Source: an uncultured Spirochaetia bacterium
GTDB lineage: Bacteria; Spirochaetota; CALGPD01
DNA length: 42,807 bases
Direction: 5' to 3'
Assembly (NCBI GenBank): GCA_964449345.1
Contig: CAYUYT010000002.1
Coordinates: forward strand, 1-42,807
The notes beneath the pieces are model-generated. The model worked only from the letters and a program-made list of their open reading frames with translations, was not told where the DNA came from and made no database searches. The position numbers and the translations under genes are program-made. Shown here one piece after another: positions 28,663 through 38,163 of the stretch; positions within the stretch are counted from its first letter, which is position 1, and every line of letters starts with the position of its first letter.

Positions 28663-30033
28663 ATGTTAAAAAAAAACCTATGTTCGGCTTTAATAATTTT
28701 ATCCTTAATATTATTCATTTCATGTAAAAAAGAAAAAAAAATCAAAGAACAGAAAATTGCGAAAGCGTTAATAATGCAAATTAAAGGAAAGGTTTTAATA
28801 TCAAAAGAATTTAAAGCCCCTTTGGAAAAATGGACTCCGGTTAAAACCAAGCAAGTTATTACAAGGGGAACTTATTTACGCACAAGGTCACAGTCTTCAT
28901 GCGATTTGCTTCTTAATAACGGCACTAAAATAAAAATCATTCAAAAATCCATAGTACTTATTCAAAATATATCCGTTTCTGAAAAAGGAGAACAAAAATC
29001 CAAATTCAAATTATATATCGGGTCTATTTTATCCAAATCATCTAAACTTGTAGGAAATTCTTATTATTCTATTAGCACACCTACGGCAATAGCCGGAGTA
29101 CGCGGAACCGAATTCGTTGTAAATGCAACGGAAGACAAAACGAGTGTTTCCGTTAATGAAGGCAAAGTCTGGGTAAAAAGAAACATTGCCCTTGATGCAA
29201 AACAGCAAAACCAGCAGGCAAAAGTTATTGCTAAAACTGCTACACAGGAAATTGAACTTGCTCCGGGGCAGGCATCGGATATAAAAAAGCAGGATAACGA
29301 AAAAATCAAAACCGCGGTTGAAAAAGCAAAAAAAGGCGAAAAAATAAACATTGAAGAAATCAAAAAAACAGCAACGGTAAAACCGCGAACCGTAACACCA
29401 AATGAGAAAAAACAGTTTGTTATTTTTGAAGACATTAGAAAAATGCCGACCGCGGAAAAAGAAAATTACGGTGTGTTACTAATATTAGCAGGACCGGACA
29501 CGGAAATTTTTATTAACGGAAAACTTGAGGGAAAAGAAATGTTAATGAAAATTGCTAAAACAGGAATTTATGATATAAAAATAACGAGAAACGGGCAAAC
29601 AATAAAAAACGTAAAAGCTGAAATTAAAAGTAAACAAAAAACTGAAGTCAAAGTTGCCGACCCGGTATTCTTTGCACCGGAAACAGAAGCTGAGAAAAAG
29701 GCGTTACAAAAAGCCAGGGAAAAAGTTTTCGGAGATGATAAACCCAATACTAACATAGACCTTGATTCACCGGGTAAACCTTTTAGCAACGACAAACCAA
29801 ACACCGGCGTAAATTTTGAAAATCGTGATGTTAAAAAAGAAGCAAACCGTGAGTTAGATGAACGAAGTAGCAAACTCAGGAACAACGAAACCACCCGCCG
29901 TCAAAGAGAAGCGGTTAAAAAAGCTACTCAAGATCCCGGAAAATCCGATTACGGCAGCGGCGACGATGTAATGAAGGCATTGAAAAATCGGAGGAAAAAA
30001 GATAAAAAGCCGGCGGATAAAATATTCGACTAA
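28663..30033 (+). CDS. FecR-domain lipoprotein (LipL45-like) with PEGA-like domain
   Basis: LFISC lipobox; ISTPTAIAGVRGTEF…VNEGKV; EIFING…GIYDIKI. Confidence 0.8.
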   Translation: MLKKNLCSALIILSLILFISCKKEKKIKEQKIAKALIMQIKGKVLISKEFKAPLEKWTPVKTKQVITRGTYLRTRSQSSCDLLLNNGTKIKIIQKSIVLIQNISVSEKGEQKSKFKLYIGSILSKSSKLVGNSYYSISTPTAIAGVRGTEFVVNATEDKTSVSVNEGKVWVKRNIALDAKQQNQQAKVIAKTATQEIELAPGQASDIKKQDNEKIKTAVEKAKKGEKINIEEIKKTATVKPRTVTPNEKKQFVIFEDIRKMPTAEKENYGVLLILAGPDTEIFINGKLEGKEMLMKIAKTGIYDIKITRNGQTIKNVKAEIKSKQKTEVKVADPVFFAPETEAEKKALQKAREKVFGDDKPNTNIDLDSPGKPFSNDKPNTGVNFENRDVKKEANRELDERSSKLRNNETTRRQREAVKKATQDPGKSDYGSGDDVMKALKNRRKKDKKPADKIFD

Positions 30034-30102
30034 AAATTAAGATAATTTTGGATTTTATAAAATTAATGCTAGATTTAAAATAAAAACTAAAAAGAGAGAA
30101 TT

Positions 30103-30336
30103 ATGGCAAAAGTTAAAGTAGAAGTAAACTTGAAACAAAACGTTATGGACCCACAAGGACTTGCAGTTTCAAAAGCGCTAAAAAAAATGGGTCTGGAAAA
30201 TATAAGTGACGTTCGAATAGGTAAAGTTTTTTACCTTAATTTCAATGGAGAAAAACCGGATGATAACGAAATTAAGAAATACTGTGATAAACTCCTTGCT
30301 AATCCGGTTATTGAAAATTTCGACATTATACATTAA
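30103..30336 (+). CDS. purS: Phosphoribosylformylglycinamidine synthase subunit PurS
   Basis: VMDPQG, VRIGK and CDKLLANPVIE motifs. Confidence 0.95.
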   Translation: MAKVKVEVNLKQNVMDPQGLAVSKALKKMGLENISDVRIGKVFYLNFNGEKPDDNEIKKYCDKLLANPVIENFDIIH

Positions 30337-30355
30337 CAATGTTAGGGGTGTTTAA

Positions 30356-31297
30356 ATGAAAAAAATTATAAGTGTTTTTGTAGTAATTTTAATTTTGATG
30401 TCTTTATTTTTTTGTAAACAAGGAGATATAGCGCCTGCTTCAGGCATAAAAAAGGAAAAAGCTTTATCAGATAGAAGCCGTATAAGACGGACTAAGACCT
30501 TTTTTCGAAAAGAAAAATTTTCAAGAGAACAAAGTAAAGACAAACAGACATATGGAGGCGCTTCAAACGTTAACACACCTTCCGGGCAAACGGGTAAAAC
30601 CGCTTTACAAAAGCAAACGCGTAAGATTTCAAGAACGGCAAATTTAAGCATTAGTGTTGAAAATTTCGATAAAGCATATAAAAAAATACTAAGTATGACC
30701 GAGGGCGTTGCTTATGCATATATCGCTTCCTCAAATACCTATGTAAAATCAAACAACGATAAATACGGTAACATTAAAATCCGCGTTCCTTCGGATAATT
30801 TTAGAGATATATACGTTAATTTAAAATCAATTGGCAAAGTAAAAACAGAGAAAGTTAAAACCAAGGATTTCACAAAGCAATATTTCGACCTTGAAGCACA
30901 ACTTAGAACTGAACAGGGTTATAAAGCGAGACTTGAAGCTATTATGAAAACCAGGGCAAAAACGTATGATGAAGTTCAGGACGCTTATGAACGCATTAGA
31001 AAGGTTCAAAAGAAAATTGACAGGATAAAAGGATTTATGCGTTATATTAATTCAATGACGGATTATTCGACCATATACATTTCCTTATATGAAGGCGATG
31101 CCCCCGTAGCAACGAGAAGTTTCGGCAAAGTTATATCCCGCATTTGGACAGGCATTAAAACGGGTATTTATAACATGATTCTCGTTTTTTCATATTTACT
31201 TGAATACGCTCTAACGTTAAGCATTTTACTAGCCCTTTTTGTATTGGGATATTTTAGTGTCCGTAAATATTTAAAGAATAAAAAAACGGATAAGTGA
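30356..31297 (+). CDS. DUF4349 family lipoprotein
   Basis: Lipobox-like FFC; RKISRTANL…IRVPS…DFTKQYFDL…YSTIYI; C-terminal TM. Confidence 0.8.
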   Translation: MKKIISVFVVILILMSLFFCKQGDIAPASGIKKEKALSDRSRIRRTKTFFRKEKFSREQSKDKQTYGGASNVNTPSGQTGKTALQKQTRKISRTANLSISVENFDKAYKKILSMTEGVAYAYIASSNTYVKSNNDKYGNIKIRVPSDNFRDIYVNLKSIGKVKTEKVKTKDFTKQYFDLEAQLRTEQGYKARLEAIMKTRAKTYDEVQDAYERIRKVQKKIDRIKGFMRYINSMTDYSTIYISLYEGDAPVATRSFGKVISRIWTGIKTGIYNMILVFSYLLEYALTLSILLALFVLGYFSVRKYLKNKKTDK

Positions 31298-31572
31298 ATA
31301 TAGATTAAATATTTTTGAAAATATATAAAACAATTTAGGATAAGCATCTATGCGTACCCTAAAAATAAATTTTACAGAAAATCAATACGAATTGGTATAA
31401 AAACATGAATAAATACTTGACGGTAACAAAAAGGACATAGTGAAAAAGAAATATTGAAATTTATTAAGCTAAACTACAGTTACTTAAAATAGAAAACAAA
31501 ATCATATAAGTTATTATAAATACGTTTTTTAAAAATGTGTTGCACATTTAATAAACTACAAAATAATCAGAG

Positions 31573-32013
31573 CTACGTTATTTTATATTTTAAACGAAAT
31601 TTTTTAATTTTACCTTTGTTACTCGTAACGAATAAATACGTTTTATTATATGGTTTTATATCAGTAGGATAAAAAACATTTATAGTAAAAACGCCTAAGT
31701 TATGGGGCAAAAATTTCTCGTGTTTAATAATATTAGGCGTTTCTCTGATTAAACCTAAATTGTCCCTACCCTCACCTTTACCTGAAAAAAAGTTTGTTTT
31801 ATATAAATTTCCTTTGGATTTAATATAAATCATAGGATTTATATATGAAACAGGCATACCCCTAAATGATATTGTTAAGGATAAAATTGGGAAAGCGTGT
31901 TTTGTCTTAATCAAATGCGCATTTAAAACGTAAAATCCGGATTTTCTAAAAAATATTACCAGCCAAACACCTAAGGCGGCTATTATAGTAAAAATCATAG
32001 TAATTATGTGCAA
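31573..32013 (-). CDS. Hypothetical protein with N-terminal TM
   Basis: 146-aa ORF; AAGGAG upstream. Confidence 0.6.
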   Translation of the reverse strand: MHIITMIFTIIAALGVWLVIFFRKSGFYVLNAHLIKTKHAFPILSLTISFRGMPVSYINPMIYIKSKGNLYKTNFFSGKGEGRDNLGLIRETPNIIKHEKFLPHNLGVFTINVFYPTDIKPYNKTYLFVTSNKGKIKKFRLKYKIT

Positions 32014-32046
32014 AATTTTAATTCTCCTTTCTTAAGTTTACAAATT

Positions 32047-34464
32047 TTAGTCAAGGGCTTTAATCATATCGGATTCAACTCCGTCTTTCCTTCCGATTAA
32101 CTCATAAATTCTTACGGGTTTATGCTTACCTTTTACGCGGATAAGGTCTAATTCACGAACAACGAACCATTCTTTTACAAGCTCGTAAGTAAATTCGCTT
32201 ATGATTATATTCGTTGTATAAACTTTATTTACGCCTTCTAAACGGGCTCCTAAGTTTACGCTATCTCCCATTATTGTATAGTTTTTACGTACTTCCGACC
32301 CCATATTTCCAACCGTCATTACACCGGAATTAAGGCCGATACCTATATCAATTTTTAAGTTTTTCTCTTTAAACACTGCATATTCAGGATTGTTTTGCAA
32401 TTCTTCGTTTAATTCATGTACTTTTTCCATCATGCGCAAACACGAATCAGCCGCTAAAGCAGCGTGATTTTTAATCGGTACTGGCGCGCCCCAGAAAGCC
32501 ATAACAGCGTCCCCTATGTATTTATCAAGAGTACCACGGTATTCAAACAATAGGTTTGTCATATCGCTTAAATATGCGTTTAATAACGTAACGAGTTCTT
32601 GTGGTTTTAAGTTTTCAGAAATCGTAGTAAATCCGCGAATATCAGAAAACATTACAGTAAGTTCTCTGTCTTCACCACCGAGTTGTAATTTATCAGGGTC
32701 GTCCATAAGTTCCGTTACAACTTCCGGGTTTACATATTGCGAGAACATTCCTTTGATTTGGCGTTTTTCTTTTTCTTCTGTTAATACGCGGTAAACAATA
32801 ATTGCAAGGAATAGAATCATTGAAAACGCCATTAACAATACCATATTAATTAAAACGTAAAAATGATTAAAAATTATCATTCCGGCAAAGAATATAGCGA
32901 ATTCAGTTACTATGAACATCAAAAAAGCTTTCCAAATTTTAACACGGGGCAGTACAATTACAAAAGCAACGAGTAAGAAAAAATATATCAGCGCGTTAAC
33001 TCCTGTATTTATCGGATAAATAAACTCTTCGTTAAAAATTGTGTAAAGCGCGTTTGCGTGGATTTCAATTCCGTAAAGTATTTTATACGGTGTTGTAAAA
33101 TAGTCACGACCTTCACCTAAACCCGCAGATGAATAAAAACCGTTTAAAATTATTCTGTTTTTATAATTAATCCTGTTATCATAGTTTTTCATTCTTTGCA
33201 TTTGAACGCCTTCAAAATATGGCTGGTTGTCAAATGACTGATGTTGCCCCTGAAAATTTATTCTCATTTGGCCGGTATAATCTATGGGAACAGTAACGTC
33301 TTTGGTAGTGTATTTTTTTACTTTCCATCCCTTAGGTATAGGGTCAAAACCTTCAATTTTTTGAACGTCTTGTTCAAAAATAGGCACACGGGCATTTTTA
33401 AACTTAATGTGTTTGCCGAAAACAACTTCAACGTCTTTTGCTTTAACGTTATAATATTTCATTGCAATTATCATATCGATTGTAGCAACAAAGCGTGGTT
33501 TTGCCATAATGGGTTTTTTACTTCCGTCATTAGCTTTATACATTCTTTTATCATAAAATTTAACAATAAGGGGCATTTTACGAACAACGCCGTCAGAATC
33601 TAGGTAAATCATTGCGCTGCCCGAGCCGGCAGAATATTTCATTATTTCCGGAACTGGAAATTTTAAGTCTCTATGTATTTTAATTTTAAAATCTTCCGGA
33701 TTTTTTACGTTTAAATAGTAATCCTTCATGTATTTAATACGCTCGGCAACAATTTCCGGTGCAAACAGTCCCGTTACCTTTGTTGAAGCTAAAAAGTCGA
33801 AAACGAGAAAACCGCCTCTATTCTTTTCAACCTGATTAACCTTTTCGTTATATTCCTTAATTTCTTTTAATTTATTAAAGAATATAGGGTCGTCAATAGT
33901 ATTTTTAAGAAGCTGTTTAATATCAACAATCAAATTTTTAGGGTTGATTTTTTTAAGTTCGTTTTTTTTAATATGCACTTCGGGTTTTAAATTTCCGATT
34001 TTATCCTGATTAATATTGGTATCGATAAATTGCTTCATCGCACTAACGTTTTGCTTTTTTAAAAGCAAAGAACCGTATTTATCAAAGAAAATATCGTAAA
34101 AAACTATATATGGCCTGTATTTAAAATCCGGCGGAGCAAAAAAGAAATCTAAAAATTTTTTGTGAACGCTTCTAGGCCAGGGCCATCTGCCTAATTCGTT
34201 TAAACTACCCTCGTCAATACCGAAAATCATTATAGGGCTTTGAACTTTTTTTCCAACTTTAATAGCAGTTCCCTGCTGGACAGATTCCTGTGATATTAAA
34301 TGGTCTCGAGACAAATGCGCTTTCCATTGAAAACGCGCATCGATTAAAAAATTCTCAAAGTTGTTAATAAATGTAACGCTTGACAATATATATACAACGA
34401 AAATGCAAACCAGTCCGATTATAACCGGTATTATGTTCTTTCTAAGTAGTTCTTTATTTATCAT
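32047..34464 (-). CDS. CHASE2-domain class III adenylate/guanylate cyclase
   Basis: GRWPWPR, DSDGVVR and GIEIHAN (CHASE2); FSDIRGFT, DKYIGDAVMAFWGAP and GDSVNLGARLEG. Confidence 0.92.
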   Translation of the reverse strand: MINKELLRKNIIPVIIGLVCIFVVYILSSVTFINNFENFLIDARFQWKAHLSRDHLISQESVQQGTAIKVGKKVQSPIMIFGIDEGSLNELGRWPWPRSVHKKFLDFFFAPPDFKYRPYIVFYDIFFDKYGSLLLKKQNVSAMKQFIDTNINQDKIGNLKPEVHIKKNELKKINPKNLIVDIKQLLKNTIDDPIFFNKLKEIKEYNEKVNQVEKNRGGFLVFDFLASTKVTGLFAPEIVAERIKYMKDYYLNVKNPEDFKIKIHRDLKFPVPEIMKYSAGSGSAMIYLDSDGVVRKMPLIVKFYDKRMYKANDGSKKPIMAKPRFVATIDMIIAMKYYNVKAKDVEVVFGKHIKFKNARVPIFEQDVQKIEGFDPIPKGWKVKKYTTKDVTVPIDYTGQMRINFQGQHQSFDNQPYFEGVQMQRMKNYDNRINYKNRIILNGFYSSAGLGEGRDYFTTPYKILYGIEIHANALYTIFNEEFIYPINTGVNALIYFFLLVAFVIVLPRVKIWKAFLMFIVTEFAIFFAGMIIFNHFYVLINMVLLMAFSMILFLAIIVYRVLTEEKEKRQIKGMFSQYVNPEVVTELMDDPDKLQLGGEDRELTVMFSDIRGFTTISENLKPQELVTLLNAYLSDMTNLLFEYRGTLDKYIGDAVMAFWGAPVPIKNHAALAADSCLRMMEKVHELNEELQNNPEYAVFKEKNLKIDIGIGLNSGVMTVGNMGSEVRKNYTIMGDSVNLGARLEGVNKVYTTNIIISEFTYELVKEWFVVRELDLIRVKGKHKPVRIYELIGRKDGVESDMIKALD

Positions 34465-34641
34465 AAAAGCCCCCGAAAATTATATATTTTTATAATACAC
34501 GCTGAAAAAATTATGTCAAGAACGCCTTTAATATATTTTAGAAAATTTATGTCATTAAGTAAAAATATTTACAAAATTATTAATTTAAAAAAATTATTGC
34601 ATAAATTTGATTTATTGCGCCTGTGTATTTAAATATTTAGC

Positions 34642-34962
34642 ATGATTTTTTTTAAAAATAGAAAAACGGAAAAAAAAGATACATACTTCGGCGATGATTT
34701 AACAGCTGATGATAAATTATTCTATATCCTTAATATCGGAAATCACGAATACAGAAAAAACCGTAAATACATCCTCGATGAAATTGTTTTCCGCCTTGAA
34801 TGCGGACACCCTATTAAAAACATTGCTTCATTTATCCATGATTTTGTTTATAAAACGTGGGAAAACAAAATTAGTAAACGTAAATTAACACGATGGATAA
34901 AAGAAACGTATAAATACAAAATCGAAGCTATAATTGCCAGAGGCGGATTTAGAAAAAAATAA
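34642..34962 (+). CDS. Hypothetical protein
   Basis: 106-aa ORF convergent with the next gene. Confidence 0.6.
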   Translation: MIFFKNRKTEKKDTYFGDDLTADDKLFYILNIGNHEYRKNRKYILDEIVFRLECGHPIKNIASFIHDFVYKTWENKISKRKLTRWIKETYKYKIEAIIARGGFRKK

Positions 34963-34968
34963 TTAGAA

Positions 34969-36090
34969 TTATCCCCGGTCCAATTCAATTTTCAATTTAC
35001 AATTATTTTTATTAACAAAAAAATCTATGCGGATTTTCAATGTTTTTAATCTTTTTAGAAAAAAATCTTTGTTCTCATTAAATAGCTTAAAAACGCATTT
35101 TCGGGCAAGGTAAAATTCGTCAATTATTAATTTTTCGCAACGCTTTAAGTTATTCTCATAAACGAAAGCTATGCCGGAACTTTTTTTCATAGTAAATGTA
35201 TATTGCAAATCTTGCTTTTTGCCATTAGATGAAAGCGTAACCCTATTAAGCCCTCTTTGCTGTCTTAAAATATTTATTCTCTGCAAAATTGCTTTTTTTA
35301 CGTTGATTTTATTTTTATAAAACGACAAATAATAACGCAAAACCGGTTCGTAAATTTTATCTTTAAATAATTGCGCGGCCACAGTATTGCCTTTAATTGC
35401 CGGTAAAAGAACTTGCCCTGCTTTTATTATTTTATCTACACTTGATTTTTTTATCCCGTATAGCAAATAAGCAACGGTAATTTTTTTTGCGTTGTTTTTA
35501 TTTAAAACGAGTACTTTTTCCATATATGGTTTTGAGCGTTTTAAACTATGACCTGTAACTGTTTTATTTAAAATTTGCATAACCTCCGAATAATTCCGCA
35601 CACTGATTTCTTTTATCCGTTTTTGAATTATTTTTAATAGGAACGTTTTCTTTTTCTCCGTTATGTTTTCATATCCGTTTTCAAATTTAAACACGACAAA
35701 AAAATAGTTATTAGTTGAAAAAGCCGTCTTATTTTTCCACAATGGCGGTTTACGATTTTGCATTATAATGCTTTTGGGATTTGTTGAAATCTCGCTTGTG
35801 TTCGAAACGCCTTTTTGCGTTTTGACTCTGTAAGTATAAATTTTATTTTTCTGCGTTGAATTATCTATAAAGCGTTTTTCCATTATCCTTGCAATATTTT
35901 CGTATCCTCCTTGGCCGTTTTTTCTTTGCACAACGAAGGGCCCGTTTAATTTTGAATGTATAACTAATTCAATTTTAGCCCATCCTTTAACATTGGCGCT
36001 GATTAGAGTCATTGTAGATGCATTAGCTGTAAATAAAGTAAGGTAAATAAAAAGAGAGAAAATAACAATTTTATATTTTTTCATAGCCAT
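34969..36090 (-). CDS. Hypothetical exported protein, possibly with an N-terminal Fn3-like domain
   Basis: Signal peptide ending TANA; FIDNS…YTYRV…SN. Confidence 0.65.
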   Translation of the reverse strand: MAMKKYKIVIFSLFIYLTLFTANASTMTLISANVKGWAKIELVIHSKLNGPFVVQRKNGQGGYENIARIMEKRFIDNSTQKNKIYTYRVKTQKGVSNTSEISTNPKSIIMQNRKPPLWKNKTAFSTNNYFFVVFKFENGYENITEKKKTFLLKIIQKRIKEISVRNYSEVMQILNKTVTGHSLKRSKPYMEKVLVLNKNNAKKITVAYLLYGIKKSSVDKIIKAGQVLLPAIKGNTVAAQLFKDKIYEPVLRYYLSFYKNKINVKKAILQRINILRQQRGLNRVTLSSNGKKQDLQYTFTMKKSSGIAFVYENNLKRCEKLIIDEFYLARKCVFKLFNENKDFFLKRLKTLKIRIDFFVNKNNCKLKIELDRG

Positions 36091-36189
36091 TCCATAACCT
36101 ACGCTTTAAATCTTTCATTATTTCTTTTTTCGGGACTAATACGATTTAAATAAAGCGTTTTTTCCTGCATTATGTTAACTGAACCGAAT

Positions 36190-36292
36190 TATACTAATAA
36201 TACTTTAAATTTTATGCAACCGACACTTTAAAGTGTCGGTTGAAAAGCAATTACAATATACAATACTTTGATTTTAAAATCACTTTAGTATA
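36190..36292 (+). mobile_element. 103-bp MITE-like element, left copy
   Basis: TATACTAA…TTAGTATA ends; perfect 26-bp palindrome at 36217-36242; exact reverse complement of 37770-37872. Confidence 0.8.
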
Positions 36293-36573
36293 CTAATAAA
36301 ATTTTAAATTTAAAGACAAAGTGCGATTAAAATCCGCGGCTGCAAGTAAATTGCAAAAGCGTTATTTTTTTAGATTTACCTAATTTCAAACTTGTACCTA
36401 TAAAATCCATTAATTTGATTCCAGAATTATTTTAGTATACGGTTTTTTTTGTAAATCTGTTTCCCTTATTTCAAATATTGATAATTTATTCCTAAATTGG
36501 TTTTGATAATAAAGATTTTAGAGTTTTACGTTGTTAATAAAACAAAGCAAATAAAAATCAATGAGGCAAAGTA

Positions 36574-37362
36574 TTGAAACGCAAAATTTTTATTCTAGAA
36601 AATGAAGAAGATAACATTTTAGTTTATAAATATGTATTACGGGATTTTATTCTCTTGATAAAGGATAATTTGGAAGATGCAATTGATTATGTAAAATCAG
36701 ATGATTTTAATACTGTGGATATTGCAATTTTAGATATTAATTTGGGAGACAGTTTAAAAATCGGCGGGTTTAACGTTGCTTATCAGATAATAAAAAAAAG
36801 CACGTTAATTCCTATAATAATTTGCTCTGCTTATGCTGATGAAAACCGGGTAAGGCAAAACGCCCGGCGAATAAATGCCCTGCTTGTAAAAAAACCCGTT
36901 GAAGAAAGTATTGTTGAGGAGATTTATGAAATGATCCAAACGAATTCCTGTTTGCGCATAAGCGATATTGAACAGGCAACAAAGGAATTTATCACGGGAG
37001 CGGCATATTTAAAATATATAATGGAAAACGATTTTACTTTTTCTCCAACGATGCTTGATAAAATGGATTTTGTTCAAAAAATTGAAACAAAAATTATTAA
37101 TGATTTCAATTTAATAAGAGAGGCTAAAACAAAAAATATTGCAATCTCGCAGGATAGTAAAGGCGATAGTGATTTTATTGATGTTTTCAAAGAAGAGTTG
37201 ACTTTATATATTGAAACGCTTTTATACGTTGTTGATTCAACAATGTATAATCAATTAAACATAAGTAAAAACGAAATCGAATTTATTGAAGAAATAACAT
37301 CAACGGGTAATTTTATATTAAATAATATTGGAAACTATATTTACGAACAAAAGGCAGGATGA
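36574..37362 (+). CDS. Response regulator: receiver plus unrecognised C-terminal domain
   Basis: ILENEED, AILDINL, CSAY and KKP motifs. Confidence 0.8.
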   Translation: MKRKIFILENEEDNILVYKYVLRDFILLIKDNLEDAIDYVKSDDFNTVDIAILDINLGDSLKIGGFNVAYQIIKKSTLIPIIICSAYADENRVRQNARRINALLVKKPVEESIVEEIYEMIQTNSCLRISDIEQATKEFITGAAYLKYIMENDFTFSPTMLDKMDFVQKIETKIINDFNLIREAKTKNIAISQDSKGDSDFIDVFKEELTLYIETLLYVVDSTMYNQLNISKNEIEFIEEITSTGNFILNNIGNYIYEQKAG

Positions 37363-37769
37363 AGCAAATGCATAAAATTTTCGTTATAGACGACGAAGAG
37401 GATAATCTCCGCGTTTTTTCTATTTTATTTAAAACGCTTAAACTTGAATACGGGTTTGAATGCGATTTGTATTTAATCAAGCCGGAGGACACAGAGGATT
37501 TAGAAAATAAAATCATGGAAATCAATCCTGATATTATATTCCTCGATATCAAGCTTCCGTCAAAATCAGGTATTGAAATTTTCGACTCACTTCGAATGTT
37601 AGGGTATAACAATCCTATTATTGCTCAAACTGCATCGGTAACGCGTAACGAAGTGGAAGTGTATTCGGAAATTTTTTCTGACGGGTTGCTGGAAAAACCC
37701 ATTAGCCATGAAAAAATTATAAATGCCCTTGAAAATCACGGTTTATGGATAGAAAAAACAATTAAGTAA
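37359..37769 (+). CDS. Single-domain response regulator
   Basis: VIDDEED, IFLDIKLP, QTAS and EKP motifs; ATGA overlap with the upstream gene. Confidence 0.88.
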   Translation: MKQMHKIFVIDDEEDNLRVFSILFKTLKLEYGFECDLYLIKPEDTEDLENKIMEINPDIIFLDIKLPSKSGIEIFDSLRMLGYNNPIIAQTASVTRNEVEVYSEIFSDGLLEKPISHEKIINALENHGLWIEKTIK

Positions 37770-37872
37770 TATACTAAAGTGATTTTAAAATCAAAGTATT
37801 GTATATTGTAATTGCTTTTCAACCGACACTTTAAAGTGTCGGTTGCATAAAATTTAAAGTATTATTAGTATA
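37770..37872 (-). mobile_element. 103-bp MITE-like element, right (inverted) copy
   Basis: Exact reverse complement of 36190-36292; starts immediately after the TAA at 37767-37769. Confidence 0.8.
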
Positions 37873-37876
37873 TTAA

Positions 37877-37950
37877 GAGGCTATATTGGCCAATTATATT
37901 GTTTACATAGAACCAAATTAATCAACAATCTATTTCGAATTTTACGTTAA
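37877..37950 (-). repeat. Dispersed degenerate palindromic repeat, copy D
   Basis: GAGGCTATATTGGCCAAT…TTCGAATTTTACGTTAA. Confidence 0.55.
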
Positions 37951-38163
37951 TATTAATTTTAATCAACGGGAAAACTTGAATACAATACTTTGAAACTTTG
38001 TTGCAATGTAATCAGTTTAATTCCAAAACGCAAACAAATTTGATTTTTTAAAACAAGACAGACTGAAACCAAATATAAAAACACGGTTTTCAACATTTCT
38101 CAAAACAATTCTGCTTAAAAATCTGTGTCTAAAATCCAATAATCCCGGCTGAAATTTTGTTTT

